From Lama glama (taxonomy: Eukaryota): a stretch of DNA of 64,000 nucleotides. Under the pieces are notes generated by a model. It saw only the letters and a program-made list of their open reading frames with translations, was not told where the DNA came from and searched no databases. The position numbers were made by a program, and so were the translations under genes. Of the stretch, positions 51,001-63,960 are shown one piece after another (within the stretch, counting starts at the first letter, position 1; every line of letters begins with the position of its first letter). The DNA lies in contig JAPYYK010000263.1 of NCBI GenBank assembly GCA_028534125.1, positions 682,001 to 746,000 of the forward strand. Direction: 5' to 3'.

Positions 51001-53149
51001 GGTTTCTAATCTTTACAACAAATCTAAAAGTCAGTTCTGGAAATGGCCTATGCAAGAGTTTATTCTGGGTATGTAGAAACAGATCACTCACAACATGATT
51101 TTCTCCTTTTATGTTTACCTTCTCTTTTCCCTCTTAACCTACCCGTGGGCACTGGAAATTCTCTTAAAAAAAAATCAAGACAATCTCCATATTTTGGATA
51201 AAAAACAAAGAAAGAAAAAAAGGATTCTTTGAGAGAACTAGATAAGATTTAGATAAATAGGCCTGTAATTTGGAAATTACAAAATAAAGTTACTGGGCAT
51301 TCTTTGTAAGAGCCACAAAAAAAAACACATACATCTTATAAGTTTGGGATGTAAAGAGGAAGAAAAGATAAAGGTCTGCTGTGTGTCTTGTCTGTGCCGG
51401 CGTTGTCTGCAAACATCCTATTTCATTTTGCCAGCTCAAGGGTCAAACCCACCACCTCATTCACTGGTCTGGGTTGCCTCTTCTACTTGTGATAAGTAAA
51501 ACCTTATTTTCACTTTAATGAGACTCTAATATGTTCAGAATACAAGCCAAAGCTATCCTTGAAACAACATTATTGCCTCTGCTTCATGTATTTCAAGCCA
51601 GGTCTAAAAGCCAACACAAGAAGATGGAAGATTTTCAATACTTGGGTTTTGTTCATTCTGATCCAGGAGAGACTCCATGACCAGGCAAATGTCATACCAA
51701 GTAAGGAGGTAACATTACCACCAAGGGCCTATTCTTTGACTATGTGCACTCTAGACAGGCGTTCTACTGTCTCCCTTTGGGTCTCTCTGTCCTCTCACCC
51801 CATGCCCAGCACCTCTCCATTCCCACATGATGCTAAGCATCCTAAAACATTTCTTTTGGTCCTTGATTCCTCCATCTATTTTCTAAAGATGTTGCTACAG
51901 TAACAGCTGAATTTAGCCAGGATCTACCTGCGTATAGACTGTATTATAATTACTTAAGCCCATTAGATGGTGAGCTCCTAGCTCACCCTTTTCATCTTGA
52001 CCTCCAGAACATAGGAAAGTGCTTGGTACATAGTTGGTAAGATGCTGACTGAAGAGAAAATAAGGAACCTGCTTGGACACTGGCACTGAACTTCTATTAT
52101 GGGACCCAAAGTTCTCAAAAGTGAAAACATTTCCAAAGAGGTGAAGAGGAAGACTCTCAATTTGGAGCCTGGTGTGTGCCTGGTGTGGGACAAAGACTTG
52201 AGACTGGCCAAGTGGCAGAGGGCGGTGGAACAGGGCTGGTGACGGCAGCAGATGCTGGGGCCGAGTAGGAACAGACAGTGGCTCTGATCCGTGAGACAGC
52301 CTAGTGCCCAGAACCGGCTGGGCCTAGGAGATGTGGGGACGGTACACTTAAGCCTCTCCAGCCACTTGAAAAGTTATCTGGGGAGCAGAACCCCTGGAAA
52401 AGAAAGAATATCCTACAAATGAGCACTGAGGGCTTGGAATGTTGAGATTTGAGGAAACTACTGTGATGAGACCACAGGGCCTGCCCCCAGCTGAGGAAGT
52501 CAAGAGCACACCAAGCTGCACGATTAATAATGTCCTAAAGGGTTTGACAGAATTCTTTTGAATGCCATACTGCAATAATTTACCACTCCTTCCAAATGTT
52601 GAACAGGAAAAAAAGCCCTAATTTCTGAACTTAAAATTATGGACCCCTACAGGGACTTCTAATTCTTTTAAAATCTGCTAGCCCTGGTGCATAAAAAAAT
52701 AGCAACACTTTTCGCAAAAAAGGGTTACCTTTCACTTGACTGTCTGAAATAAAATGACAACAAAAATTTCAAATTGTTAAGTGCTTTACTGCTTTAAGGC
52801 AAAACACACAAAGCATGCAACGTTTATGTATATCTTTTTTAAGTGACTCACTCAATGACCTTGAGAAATTGTCTAAAGCCAAGCCCACTCCCGGAGCCAT
52901 GTTGATGAGTTCTCACTGGGTTAAGGGGGGTTTTTGCTCCCTTCAGCCGACACCGAGAAGACTTCACCCGCCAGGGTCTCATTGCCTTTACAACAAGCAG
53001 CAGGGGGAAGAATATTTTGAAGCACATCGTTTCTGTTTCTTTTTGTGACCAAATAAGTCTATCTCACTACTTGTTATTTTGATCAGTAGTAGCAGCCTCT
53101 GAGGGTGGTCAGTTACAACTGAAAATCAAATCTGGGGGAAGACAACTAA

Positions 53150-53400
53150 CATATACACAGTGATTTACAGTTTATGTAACGTAGCATTTAATATTCACAA
53201 CAGCCTTGTATGGAAGATACTCTCATTATACTAATGCTGCCTCATTCCAACAAGGATTTACAAAAGAGACAAACTTCTTGTCTTTAGTTCACAGATGCAA
53301 AAAAGGCTAAACTGCCAAAGTGACTGGCCTGTGCTCACATACCCAGGTGTGTGGCCAGGCTGGAATCTGAACCCAGGTCTTCTGAATTCAAATACCATGA
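53150..53400 (-). mobile_element. MIR SINE
   Basis: aagtgactggcctgtgctcacat...ggctggaatctgaacccaggtcttctgaattcaaa. Confidence 0.65.
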
Positions 53401-54160
53401 ACTTTCTGGGACGACACGCAAATGACACCATCATCTCCCTTAACAGAAACATGGGGCTGGATGAAATATCAAAAGAGAGCCTGCTTTCCCTATTCACTCA
53501 GAAAGGAATCTGTTACTGAGTAAAAGGTAAACATGCCATGGCCTCTGCAAACAAAGTGTGATTTTTTTACTAGCTTGTGTATTAATGAAGTATCATCACA
53601 GCCAGTAAGACGGGGAACTTGCAATATGAAGCCAAGGACATGAAGCTTGAACAATCACTGTCCTCAAATTGCAAAATTATATACATATATAAAAAAAAGG
53701 AGACAGGACCAATTTATCTGTTGAACATTTGAGAAAAGATCAAGATGGTATTAATCTCAAGTACAGTAAAAAGGGAAGGAAAAAACGTAAGGAATTTAAA
53801 AAGCACATTATCGAAAATAACTTTCAGCAACTATTTTTCTGAGAATAAATGCTGAAAAGCAAATGAGCTACTCAATTAAGGCACAGAGTTCCTCTTCCTC
53901 CCTGTTGATTTTGTTTCTTGTTTTATTTGGGGGATGAAGGGGCCAGGAGGAGGAAGCTGGAGGGTAAGTTTCACAGAGAGAAGTTATGACATGCTTAGAG
54001 ATTGCTAGCATGTGCTCATTAGAGAGTACACAGGATAACAAAATGTAAACCAGAAAATATATACTATGATACATTTTCCTTCTGGGTTTTCAAAGCCCAC
54101 CAAAGCTTTCAACTATTGCCCTGGGCAATTCTCAGTTTCAGTTCTAAAGTAACAGCAACT

Positions 54161-54402
54161 GGGGGGAAGAGGTGGGGAGGGATAAACTGGGAGTTCGGGA
54201 GTTGCAGATACTAACTACTATATATAAAACAGATAAACAATGAGGTCCTACTGTATAGCACAGGGAACTAGATTCAATATCTTGTAATAGCCTATAATGA
54301 AAAAGAGTTTAAAAAGGAATACATATATATGTATGTACAACTGAATCACTATGCTGTACACCAGAAATTAACACATTGTAAATTGACTGTACCTCAATAA
54401 AT
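54161..54402 (+). mobile_element. 5'-truncated L1 3'UTR with 15-bp TSD
   Basis: gggagggataaactgggagttcgggagttgcagatactaactacta...acctcaataaa. TSD aaagtaacagcaa(c/t)t at 54146-54160 and 54403-54417. Confidence 0.9.
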
Positions 54403-55115
54403 AAAGTAACAGCAATTGAAACTCTTGAGAACAGATCAGAGGCATGTACAATAATAAGCACATCCAAATGAAGAAAGAAGGAAAAATTCAATGTAGTTGC
54501 CAAACATAACTTCTTTACCAAGCGAAGGTGTACTGTATGTGTGATAATTCAGCAAGAAGATCATCCTTCCTTGAACAACATTAACATAAAAAGCCAAATC
54601 GAGTCCCTCTAGTCTGTCTATAAGTAAACATAAGTGAGATGATCACTAAGGACCCTGGGACTTTTCCCAGTAAATTACAATCTTTTCTTTGTCTTGATGC
54701 ATTAGGGTGTAAAAACCGTGAGGGAAAATAAAAGTAAATCAAATCTTCCCTAAACCGGTCATTTTAACGTGTCACTCTTTGCAGTAATTATGATTCCATT
54801 ATACAATGAAGTCTACTGGGACAGCAGCCCAGCCTGGAACGAACTTCAGGTTAGAGTCTACTTGATAAATATTTATTAACAAGCCACAGACACAGTAACA
54901 AACTAGAACATATCTAACATTCTGTGGTTTCATACTGTTGTCAGGGATGTTCATATTGTTCAAGACTATTAGTAAAATACAGTTCTCCTCCTTCCCTATT
55001 CCTCATCTGCTCTCACTGCCCTGGCTTATCTGTTGGGAACAACCAGGAGGAAAACATAAGTGGCCGATCAATGCAACCCCACTCTGCAGGCAGCTGCGGA
55101 CACAGAAAACATCTT

Positions 55116-55459
55116 TTTTTTTTTTTTAACATTTTTTATTGATTTATAATCATTTTACAATGTTGTGTCAAATTCCAGTGTTCAGCACAATTTTTCAGTC
55201 ATTCATGGACATATAAATACTCATTGTCACATTTTTTTCTCTGTGATTTATCATAACATTTTGTGTATATTTCCCTGTGCTATACAGTGTAATCCTGTTT
55301 ATCTATTCTACAATTTTGAAATCCCAGTCTATCCCTTCCCACCCTCTACCCCCCTGGTAACCACAAGTCTGTATTCTCTGTCCATGAGTCTATTTCTGTC
55401 CTGTATTTATGCTTTGTTTTTGTTTGTTTGTTTGTTTTTGTTTTTTAGATTCCACATAT
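55116..55459 (-). mobile_element. Young 5'-truncated L1 3'UTR with perfect 13-bp TSD
   Basis: Poly-T followed by aacattttttattgatttataatcattttacaatgttgtgtc...ttagattccacatat. TSD cagaaaacatctt at 55103-55115 and 55460-55472. Confidence 0.92.
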
Positions 55460-55778
55460 CAGAAAACATCTTGACAAAGGCTCTGCAGCTCAGAGGGGGC
55501 AGGATCCTCTCTGGAAGGCACCCGGGCTTCCTCATGGTGAATATGTTACCTGGGGGTCTGCCACACAGAAGAAGGAAGGAAAACTGCCCTTCTGATGTGG
55601 GCCAGTGGTTTTTATCCCCCTTTATTAGACACTCAGAGATTTCAAACACTGCTTTGGTACTTTGGGGTGTGGGATGTTAGGGGTGAGGCTGTGCTTCTGG
55701 AAAGGTTAGGGTAGTACAGTTGGGGACTGAGTGAAGCATCCAGAAAGAATAGACACAGTTATATGGAATCTGGGGAGT

Positions 55779-55850
55779 GGGGTGGGCAGAGGTCAGCAGT
55801 AGAGCATGTGTTTAGCATGCACAAGGTCCAGGGTCCAATCTGCACTACCT
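55779..55850 (+). mobile_element. Degenerate tRNA-Ala/Vic-1-like copy with no A tail
   Basis: ggggtgggcagaggtcagcagtagagcatgtgtttagcatgcacaaggtccagggtccaatctgcactacct aligns with the SINE at 1483-1578. Confidence 0.75.
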
Positions 55851-56469
55851 TGGGAAGACAGCAAACATACTAGCACCTCTCACAGTGGACCATCTACGGC
55901 TAAAGAACAAACTCCTTAGGTACAGGTAGAGCCAGAAGACATAAGTGACTTCCTTTCAACTTCCCAGTGGGCACAGTTCAGTGGCCCAAGTTCCTTTGGG
56001 AAGATTCTGGATCTGTGGGATGAGAGGAAATCCTTAGTGGGGTGCAGACAGAATCAATCTGGTGAGAGTTTATTTGGCTCCATGTAGACCCTTCTTAACC
56101 TCGATCTACTCTGGCTGAAAATAATGACTTAAGAGAAAGACCAAGCAGCAAGATGAGACATACTCAAAAGCAATGAAAATTTTTGTGTTTTCTCATGAGT
56201 GCCCTCCGCAAGAAGATACCGAAGCAGAGGAACTGAAAGAACATCCAAGAGATCTGTTCAGTTAGAAAAAACAAAAACAAAAGAACAGTTACTTTCTTTC
56301 TCAGTTTTTCTGCGCAGAACCAATTAAGCCAATGTCAATTTCATTCTCCAGTTCTTTAATGACTGATCTGTGTTAATTACTAGAGCAGAGCAGGCCACAT
56401 TCTGACCTCGGCTGAGTTTTATGTTTCATAGAAAACATCATGGAACTGATTCAGGGAAATAGACGGGAC

Positions 56470-56640
56470 ACAGTGAGGTGAGCATGGAGGAGGGGTCATG
56501 AGATTGGAGCTCATATTCCCAAATTCAGTACCTAGTTGTGTGGCTTTGGATGGGTCACTTCACCTCCTAGTCTCAGTTTCCTTAACTGGAAGAAATGGAA
56601 AATGTTGGTCAAAACAAACCCTCTTTCTAAGTTCTGACCC
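56470..56640 (+). mobile_element. MIR fragment
   Basis: tgtgtggctttggatgggtcacttcacctcctagtctcagtttcctt. Confidence 0.65.
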
Positions 56641-59624
56641 ACAGGATCATACAGTGTCCAGAGTTATGTGGGATGGACAGGTCACAGAAAAAAAAATGGG
56701 AGAGAAGAGTTTTGTAAAAGTTCTGTTAGGTTCATATTTCTATATCACTTTACCTATAAATGCAGTACTTGTGGTAGGAATTTGAAGACATATAACCTAT
56801 ATTTTTATGGTTTTCTATGAAAGGTGTTCCTTAGGCTGGGATCTTTCTGGAGGGCGCCCCCGGCAGGGATGAGGGTCCTCAGGACTTACTTCTTGCCAAA
56901 TGCAGATTAGAGGTGAGCTTGCCAATGACTGTGGCATTCCTGTCATCACAGTGGGCTCTATTTCCTGACCTTGCTGCAGTTTCTAGGGGCGTCCAAACCT
57001 TTGTACAAATGTGTAGATAACATCTTGCTAGAGCCTTTATTTGCGAATAAAAGATGCATCGACTGTGTAAAAATATTCAACTCTTAATCAACTTAATTCA
57101 GCTCTCACAAGTCAATTCTAAAACATTCAGGACACCTCCAGCAAAGCGGAACTCTCTTCTAGGTAGTTACTCCATTCCTGGACAGCATCAATGATCACAG
57201 AGGACTTCTGACAATACGTCTCCCTGGAATGTCTGCCTATCACTCACCTTCTCTCTTCTGGTCACACGCACATCTAAATTACTTTAACAGGGATGGACAG
57301 AGAGATTTTGGAATTTTCATTTGCAATGATGTAATGTCACCATTTTAATTCAGGGAAAGAAAGATTTTTTTTCTTCCCATGGTAAAAGCTTGAAACTCAG
57401 TTGATAATTCTTACAACTAGTACTCAACAAAGAGGGGAAAAAAACCCAATGAGAACTGATACAGCAGGTAATACCACACAAAGAGCATGGAGAAAGGGAA
57501 TTTTCCATGCAATAGAAATTGTCCACACAGATAATTCAAGGCCATAATCATTTTCCATCCCCAAGTTTACATGTTGTGTGTTTGCTTTCAACTGAATTAC
57601 TCTAATATTGTTTGTGTCCATGTTTTATTTATCTGATCAAAAATAGGTTCACCAGTGAGTTTTGCAGCTGTCCTTTTAAATATCAGATCAATAGGCCTAA
57701 TTTAAGTAAGAATGCTGGCTACACAATGCTTAGCAAATAGCTTCTTAATGTGCTTGTATTAATTAACATAACTAATAGATATGCTCTCATTTTTCAGAGT
57801 TTTATGGTCCTAACATTACAAATTTATGTAGATTTGAATATGTTAAGCAAATGATTCATGTATAACTGGACTAGATAAAGGAAGGAAAAGAGGAAAAGAT
57901 AAAAACTCTCCTATTGAATTTGCTGTTTTCTTTCAAATATTTACAAATAATGGAGATGATCTTTCTTTTTTTAAAAATAAAACTGTTTAACATCTGCTTT
58001 TTTATAATATTGTTATTTCTTGTGAGCACTCTGTTTGAAATGCTTGTTCCCCAAAATAACTTGCAAATATCAAATAACTATAATTTCAGAAAAAAAAAAA
58101 AGAAACATGTGCACACCTCATAACTCCAGGAAATTCTTGAACCCAAAAAACAATTCCAGATGACTTGGAACTTATCCTTCCCACATGACTTTGGTAAGAA
58201 AGAAGGAAAATACAGAAACAAACAAAAAAATACGTATTTATTTAAAGCGAAAGATTTGCTGAACATATTTACAGGTCAGTGTATATCCAGCCTAACTGTC
58301 TATACTTGGTACACTTAAAAGTATTAAACAAGAAGAATAAATGTTCACAATAAACATTTATCTCTACCTCAAACCCTTCTGTGGAACAGAATAGAATATA
58401 AATAGACAGCATCCTTTACCCCCGTACTGGCTTGGCAGCTTGATTTCACTTCCATACTGAAATATTTGCTCACAAATTAACGAACAACGGTAAAGTGGAG
58501 GCCAAAGATCCTACATTTTAAAGGTTCATGACTGTACGGTACACAGAACATAAGATCACAGGATCTGAAGGTTTAAAGAGATCCTAGAGCTCTACCCGGC
58601 CCTCCTTAGTGCAGGAACCCTCCAAAAACATTCTCCTGTTCTAAAAAAAAATAGCCTAGTATCAGGTACTAGACTGGACATGGTCATCTCATGACCTCAC
58701 AATATTCTTATGAAACAGGCATATTAATCTTATCAAAGGAAAAGGAGGCTCAAAGAGTCAAAGAGGGGAGATGAGGAAGAAGAAAAAGAAAGAAACATCA
58801 CACGTTGTTGCCAGTTCTTTTTTATCGTCTAAGATCCAAGGAGAAACAAGAAATAAATTAGACAAGATTCCCTTCCCTTGTGTCCTGTGCATACCGCCAA
58901 TTCCATAATTATTTACTGGGATATATGTAATAAGCAAGCCAGTCACTGGAACACACTATAAACAGAAATGTTAGCTTCCTCTCTCCTTGGTATGTTACAG
59001 CATTGTGGTGACAGACAAAGATATTTAGGATCTGTTCCCAACTTTGAAAGTCTGGGAACTATCACATAACTAGTGTTAGAAGGAATGCTAAAACACATTC
59101 CCCTAAGAATATTCAGTACAATTGTGTTTTTCATTTTAATTTAAAATTCAGTAAGTATATGTTTTCCCCCTCCAAGGAGATAAATAACTGGAGCGACTGA
59201 ACACACCACAAAATACAGGCATGGGAAAAGGGTGGTAGTTTTGACTCTGAAATTCACCATTCTTGTCAGTTGAAGTCACACCGAAAGCATTAATTTATTC
59301 TGAACATTAATTAACTGGAGATTTTTGCATTTAATTTTCGCTGGCATTTTAGAATCTATTCTAAGCCCTGTGGAAATGGCAGGTCTGATGTTATTAAAGT
59401 TAGCCTTTCAGTAAGTCCTCGAACTAAAGACTCCAACACATTAAAAAAATGCTGAGAGTCCAGATAATGCAAATCTAAAGTATTATTAAAGGGTATTCTT
59501 TACACATGAGAAAAAACCCCTTAATTTTACTAAAAATGAATTCAACTATTAGGAAAGCTTCCATTTTATATACTATTTGGGCTCTTCAAACTCCTCCTAA
59601 GAAACATCTAAAGCCAGTTTCATT

Positions 59625-60125
59625 TCTTTTATTCACTCATTCATTCATCCAAATATTTATTGTGTGCCAAGTACATGACAGGCAGGGCAAGCAAGGTCCT
59701 GTCCTTGTGCAGCTTACAGTCCAGAAGGGAAAGTGAGAAACAACAAATAGACCAGAAAACATCACGAGGGGTGAGAACAACAAAGAAAATAGAAGGATGA
59801 TATGATGAGGAGTGATTGGGAAGACCTCTCTGAGGAGGACCATTTATGTCAAGTCCTAAACGATGAGAAATGAACCACACAGAGATCCGGGGATAAACAT
59901 CTCAGAGAAAGAGAGAGACAGATTGGCTGGTGTCACTGCGAGACAGTGAGACTGAACTCGGCAGGTCTGAGGGCAGGGAGGTGACAGTGACCAAGCAGCA
60001 AGGCAGGTGATAGTGTCATCTAGTAAGACAGGGAAGCCCGGGAGAGAAACAGGAGAGTATGTATGTAGGGGTGGTGGGGACCAAGAGCTCCATATCAGAT
60101 ATGTGGAGTTTTTGATGCCCACTTA
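59625..60125 (-). mobile_element. L2 fragment
   Basis: attcactcattcattcatccaaatatttattgtgtgccaag...ggaagacctctctgaggagg. Confidence 0.7.
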
Positions 60126-61349
60126 AAAGAATGGTTCAAAAAAAAAAAGTTGTATCAATTCCATGATCAGCATCAAGGGAGGAATCTGGAATAGATGCTG
60201 CTGACTATAGCTACATTAGCTACACTGGGCAGAAAACCTTAGTTCCCTAATCAGCTTTATTCCACTCCCTGAGTCACTTTAGATACTCAATTCAATCAAG
60301 CAATATTTAACTTAATATGACTCAAATTCAATATAGCAGGAAGTCATAAAACACCTACTAAGGAAAGAAAGTCCTTTTGGAAACCACACAAGTTACTTCT
60401 ATTTTACAGCTTTCGTGTGCTCTCAAAGACACAAATTCTTTCATAGAATGCAAACAACAGGTGCTCTAGATGTATGTGCCACATGTTTAAAAATTAAAAC
60501 ATACGCAACAGAAGCTGTGAGGTAGAAATCAGAAGCAAAAGCCTTTGAGTTGTGGCTCCCAACACAAAGAACTGTTATTTGGGTGCTCAACGTCCGAGTG
60601 CGAGTGTGTTTGCCTGGGTAATACGAGGTGTTGGCTGACAGTGGAAGGCAGGAGAGCTTACCTCCTTTCCAAGTCACTGTCCCAAATGATTATACTTCCC
60701 TACTTGGGATACTTTGAGCTCAAATTTAGATGGATTTGGTATAAACTATTTTTTTGAAAAGGTGACGCAGACGTGGGAAAAATAAAACGAGACATCTTAC
60801 TCAAGTGTAAAATTATGAGGCAGTAGAGAATTCCATGACCACATCGACTTCCCAAGCCTCAGTTTTCAGAAGCCAAGAAAATATCACTGTATCTTGTGTT
60901 TCTTCACTTTCCAAGACATTTTTGTGTCTGACCTTCATCAGCCTGAGGGCAAGCAGGATCTACATACTTCAGATTACTTGAATTTATGGAATATGACTAT
61001 AACACACATGAATGCCAAGAGTCTGGAATCTGAGTGTCCTTGCCAACAGTGAGGAAAGGGCCTCCCTACTCTTTATTAACACATCTTGAGGGGGAGGATT
61101 CCTCTGCAATTAGCTGTCTGGCAGTAAACAGGACCTAAAAACGAATCTTGAGCACCTCAGAAACAGGATTACTCATATCTACAAATGTTACTAAGACCAT
61201 GTCCTCTGAGAAACTGCCAAGGAATAATTTTAACAACTATCAAACGAATGGCTCCTCTCTCATCCCATAGGAGGAGAGAAAGCCTCACTAACTGGGTACA
61301 AGAATCCAGATCATCCTGTGAAGTGCTGCCTTCAAACATGTTCACTAGT

Positions 61350-61800
61350 CCAGCCTAAGATGATGAGGTCACCACATGAAAATAAAGCCCTGGGTGCCTG
61401 AAAGAGATGGTCCTCTACTCTACAGAGAAGTGAACAGTTACAACCATGAGGAAGAATGCACTGAAGGCACACAAGATGGGTTTCGAAGGATGAATAGGAG
61501 TTAGTCAGGTTAAGAGGATTGGGAGACAAAGACAACATTTCCAAGAAGGAGCCAACTGTGTGAGGATAAAGAGGCAAGACAGAGTGTGACATCTGAGGAA
61601 CAAGCAGACCCACTGGATTACAGCACGGGGTGGGGGGAGAGGAGAGGAGAGGATGAGGCTGTACAAGAGACTGATGCCAGTGCCACACAGAAGAGCCCTA
61701 AAGGTCCTGCTAGAGTGTGATGATTACCCGAAGGAAATGAAGATGCACTGAAGAACTCTGGCTAGGGGGAGTGGGGCTCCTAGCATGATCAACTTTGCTT
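61350..61800 (-). mobile_element. L2 fragment, apparently resuming at about 62385-62470 after the L1 insertion
   Basis: gatgggtttcgaaggatgaataggagttagtcagg... Confidence 0.6.
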
Positions 61801-61810
61801 TCAATTGCTA

Positions 61811-61890
61811 TTTTTTAATTTTTCAAATTGAAGCACAGTTGAATTACAATGTTGTGTTAGTTTCTGGTGCACAGCAAAGTGATTCTGTTT

Positions 61891-61933
<43 letters not shown>

Positions 61934-62381
61934 TTTCATTTTATTTTCCATTATGGTTTATTACAGGAATATAGTTCCTTGTGCTATACAGTAGGACCTT
62001 GTTGTTTATTTACTTTATATATAGTAGTTTGTGTTGGCTAATCCCAAATTTCTAAATTATCACCTCCTTCCTCTCTGGTAACATGTTTGTTTTCTATGTC
62101 TGAGTCTATTTCTGTTTTGTAAATAAGCTCATTTGTGTCCTATTTTAGAATACACGTATGTGATATCATATGATGTTTTTATTTCTCTGACTTCACTTAG
62201 TATAATAATCTAGGTTCATCCATCTTGCTGCAAATGGCATTACTTCATTCTTTTTTATGGCTGACTTGTACTCCATTGTACATATAGATCACATCTTTAT
62301 TCATTTATCTGTCGATAGACACTCAGGCTGCTTCCATGTCTTGGCTATTGTAAATAGTGATGCTATGAACACTGAGGTGCA
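61811..62381 (-). mobile_element. 5'-truncated L1 (ORF2 end and 3'UTR)
   Basis: ORF 62301-62513 contains CTSVFIASLFTIAKTWKQPECLS (L1 ORF2 C-terminal motif); 3'UTR like the 43733 copy. Confidence 0.9.
61893..61930 (+). repeat. Perfect (TG)19 microsatellite inside the L1 3'UTR
   Basis: Uninterrupted TG run. Confidence 0.95.
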
Positions 62382-63159
62382 ACTTATTTTAGAAATATCA
62401 TTGACAACAGCTGGAGAATGGACTGGGGTAAGGATGGGGCCAGGGGGTGTGATAAGACCAGCAAGATAAAGTAACAAAGATAATAAAAAACAAAATAACA
62501 ACTGGCCTTTCACCTAAGGTTTGGTAGGAGGGGTCTCTTGTTAACACTGTCTTCTTGCTTGTTTCATGTGTACTACAACATATTCTACAATAAAGTGTGT
62601 GTATTTTCTTTGTCTACCTACCTGGCAGAGGCCTCTGAAGGTACTGTAATTCTGCAAAAAATAAGATGGACAGGAGAACGCTGCAAAAGATCTGAGTATT
62701 GCTAGGAAGTATACTGGACTACTGAATGAAGGTTCACATTAAGAGGAGGAGCTAAGTCAGTAATAAAGGCAATGAACAGTAAAACTAGGAAACTAACGGT
62801 CTGGCTAGCTGGTAGCCTTACATAAAAGATGCTGCCTGTTAATGGCAGACCACTGACTGTCTTCACCCTAGAAGATGGGCTCTTTGTATGCAAGAATCCC
62901 AAGTATTGTAAGTCCATCTTCCCATGTGACCTACAGCCTTGACTTTCAGCTCAAGTGCCACCTCCAAGCCAGAGCTTCACCTGCCCTCCCTTAAACTTCA
63001 CACCTTCCACCTCCACCAGGGAAGCCCCAACAATATCTCCTGGTGTATCTCTGCCAGTGAATGGGGGCTGCTTTTTATTCATCTTTGCTCTCAAGGCCTG
63101 GCACACAACTCAGTGTTTGTTTTAAGAAACACTGTCAGTTAAACATTGTTTTAAAAATG

Positions 63160-63752
63160 TTGCACAGCCACTGTAAAAAAACAGTCAGGCAGGTCCTCAA
63201 GAAGTTACCCATAGAATTTCCATATGAGTAGCAATTCCATTACTATTATACCCAAAAGAACTGAAGGCAGCTATTCAGACAAACACTAGCACACAGATGT
63301 TCAAAGCAGCATTATCCATAAGAGCCAACAAGCAGCAACAACCCGCTGACTGATGAATAAACACAATATGGTATATCCCTACCACGGAACGTTATTCAAC
63401 CACACAAAGCAAAGAAGTACTGATACCTGCTACCATGTGAATGAACCTCGAGAACATTATGTTAAGTGAGAGGAGCCAGTCACAAAAGGCCGGATAGTAT
63501 ATGATTCAACTTTTATGAAATATGCAGAATAAGCAGATCCACAGAGACAGAAAGCAGATGAGTGGTTTCCGGGAGCTGGGGGAGGGAGGAATAGGGAATG
63601 ACTGCTTTTTGGAGGGATGAGAATGTTATGGAATTAGACAGTGGTGACAGTTGTACAATACTGTGAATGCACTAAAAACCACTGAATTGTACACTTTATA
63701 AAGTGGTTAAGATGGTGAATTGTATGTGAATTTTACCTTAAATTAAAAAACA
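63160..63752 (+). mobile_element. L1MB-like ORF2 end and 3'UTR
   Basis: tacccaaaagaactgaag...atgaacctcgagaacattatgttaagtgagaggagccagtcacaaaagg...ccactgaattgtacacttt. Confidence 0.85.
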
Positions 63753-63859
63753 AAATCTTTGTAGACCTAATCTCACTGAAGATTCAAGTAAGCAAATCTT
63801 CCTAGCCTGTCTAAGTGTCCATCGGTGCTTCCTTCCTCCCTCTTTCCTCCACTCCCAGC

Positions 63860-63960
63860 TTACTGGGGACCTTGGACAAAGTCAAGTAAACCCTCCAGTC
63901 CTCAATGTCATCTGCAAAATGGGAGTTGCACTAAGATGATGGTTTTAATCACTTCTGCTC
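63860..63960 (+). mobile_element. MIR fragment
   Basis: gaccttggacaaagtcaagtaaacc...catctgcaaaatgggag. Confidence 0.55.

Noticed and set aside
55165-55680. 171-aa ORF
   Set aside because: Reads antisense through an L1 3'UTR into flanking intron.
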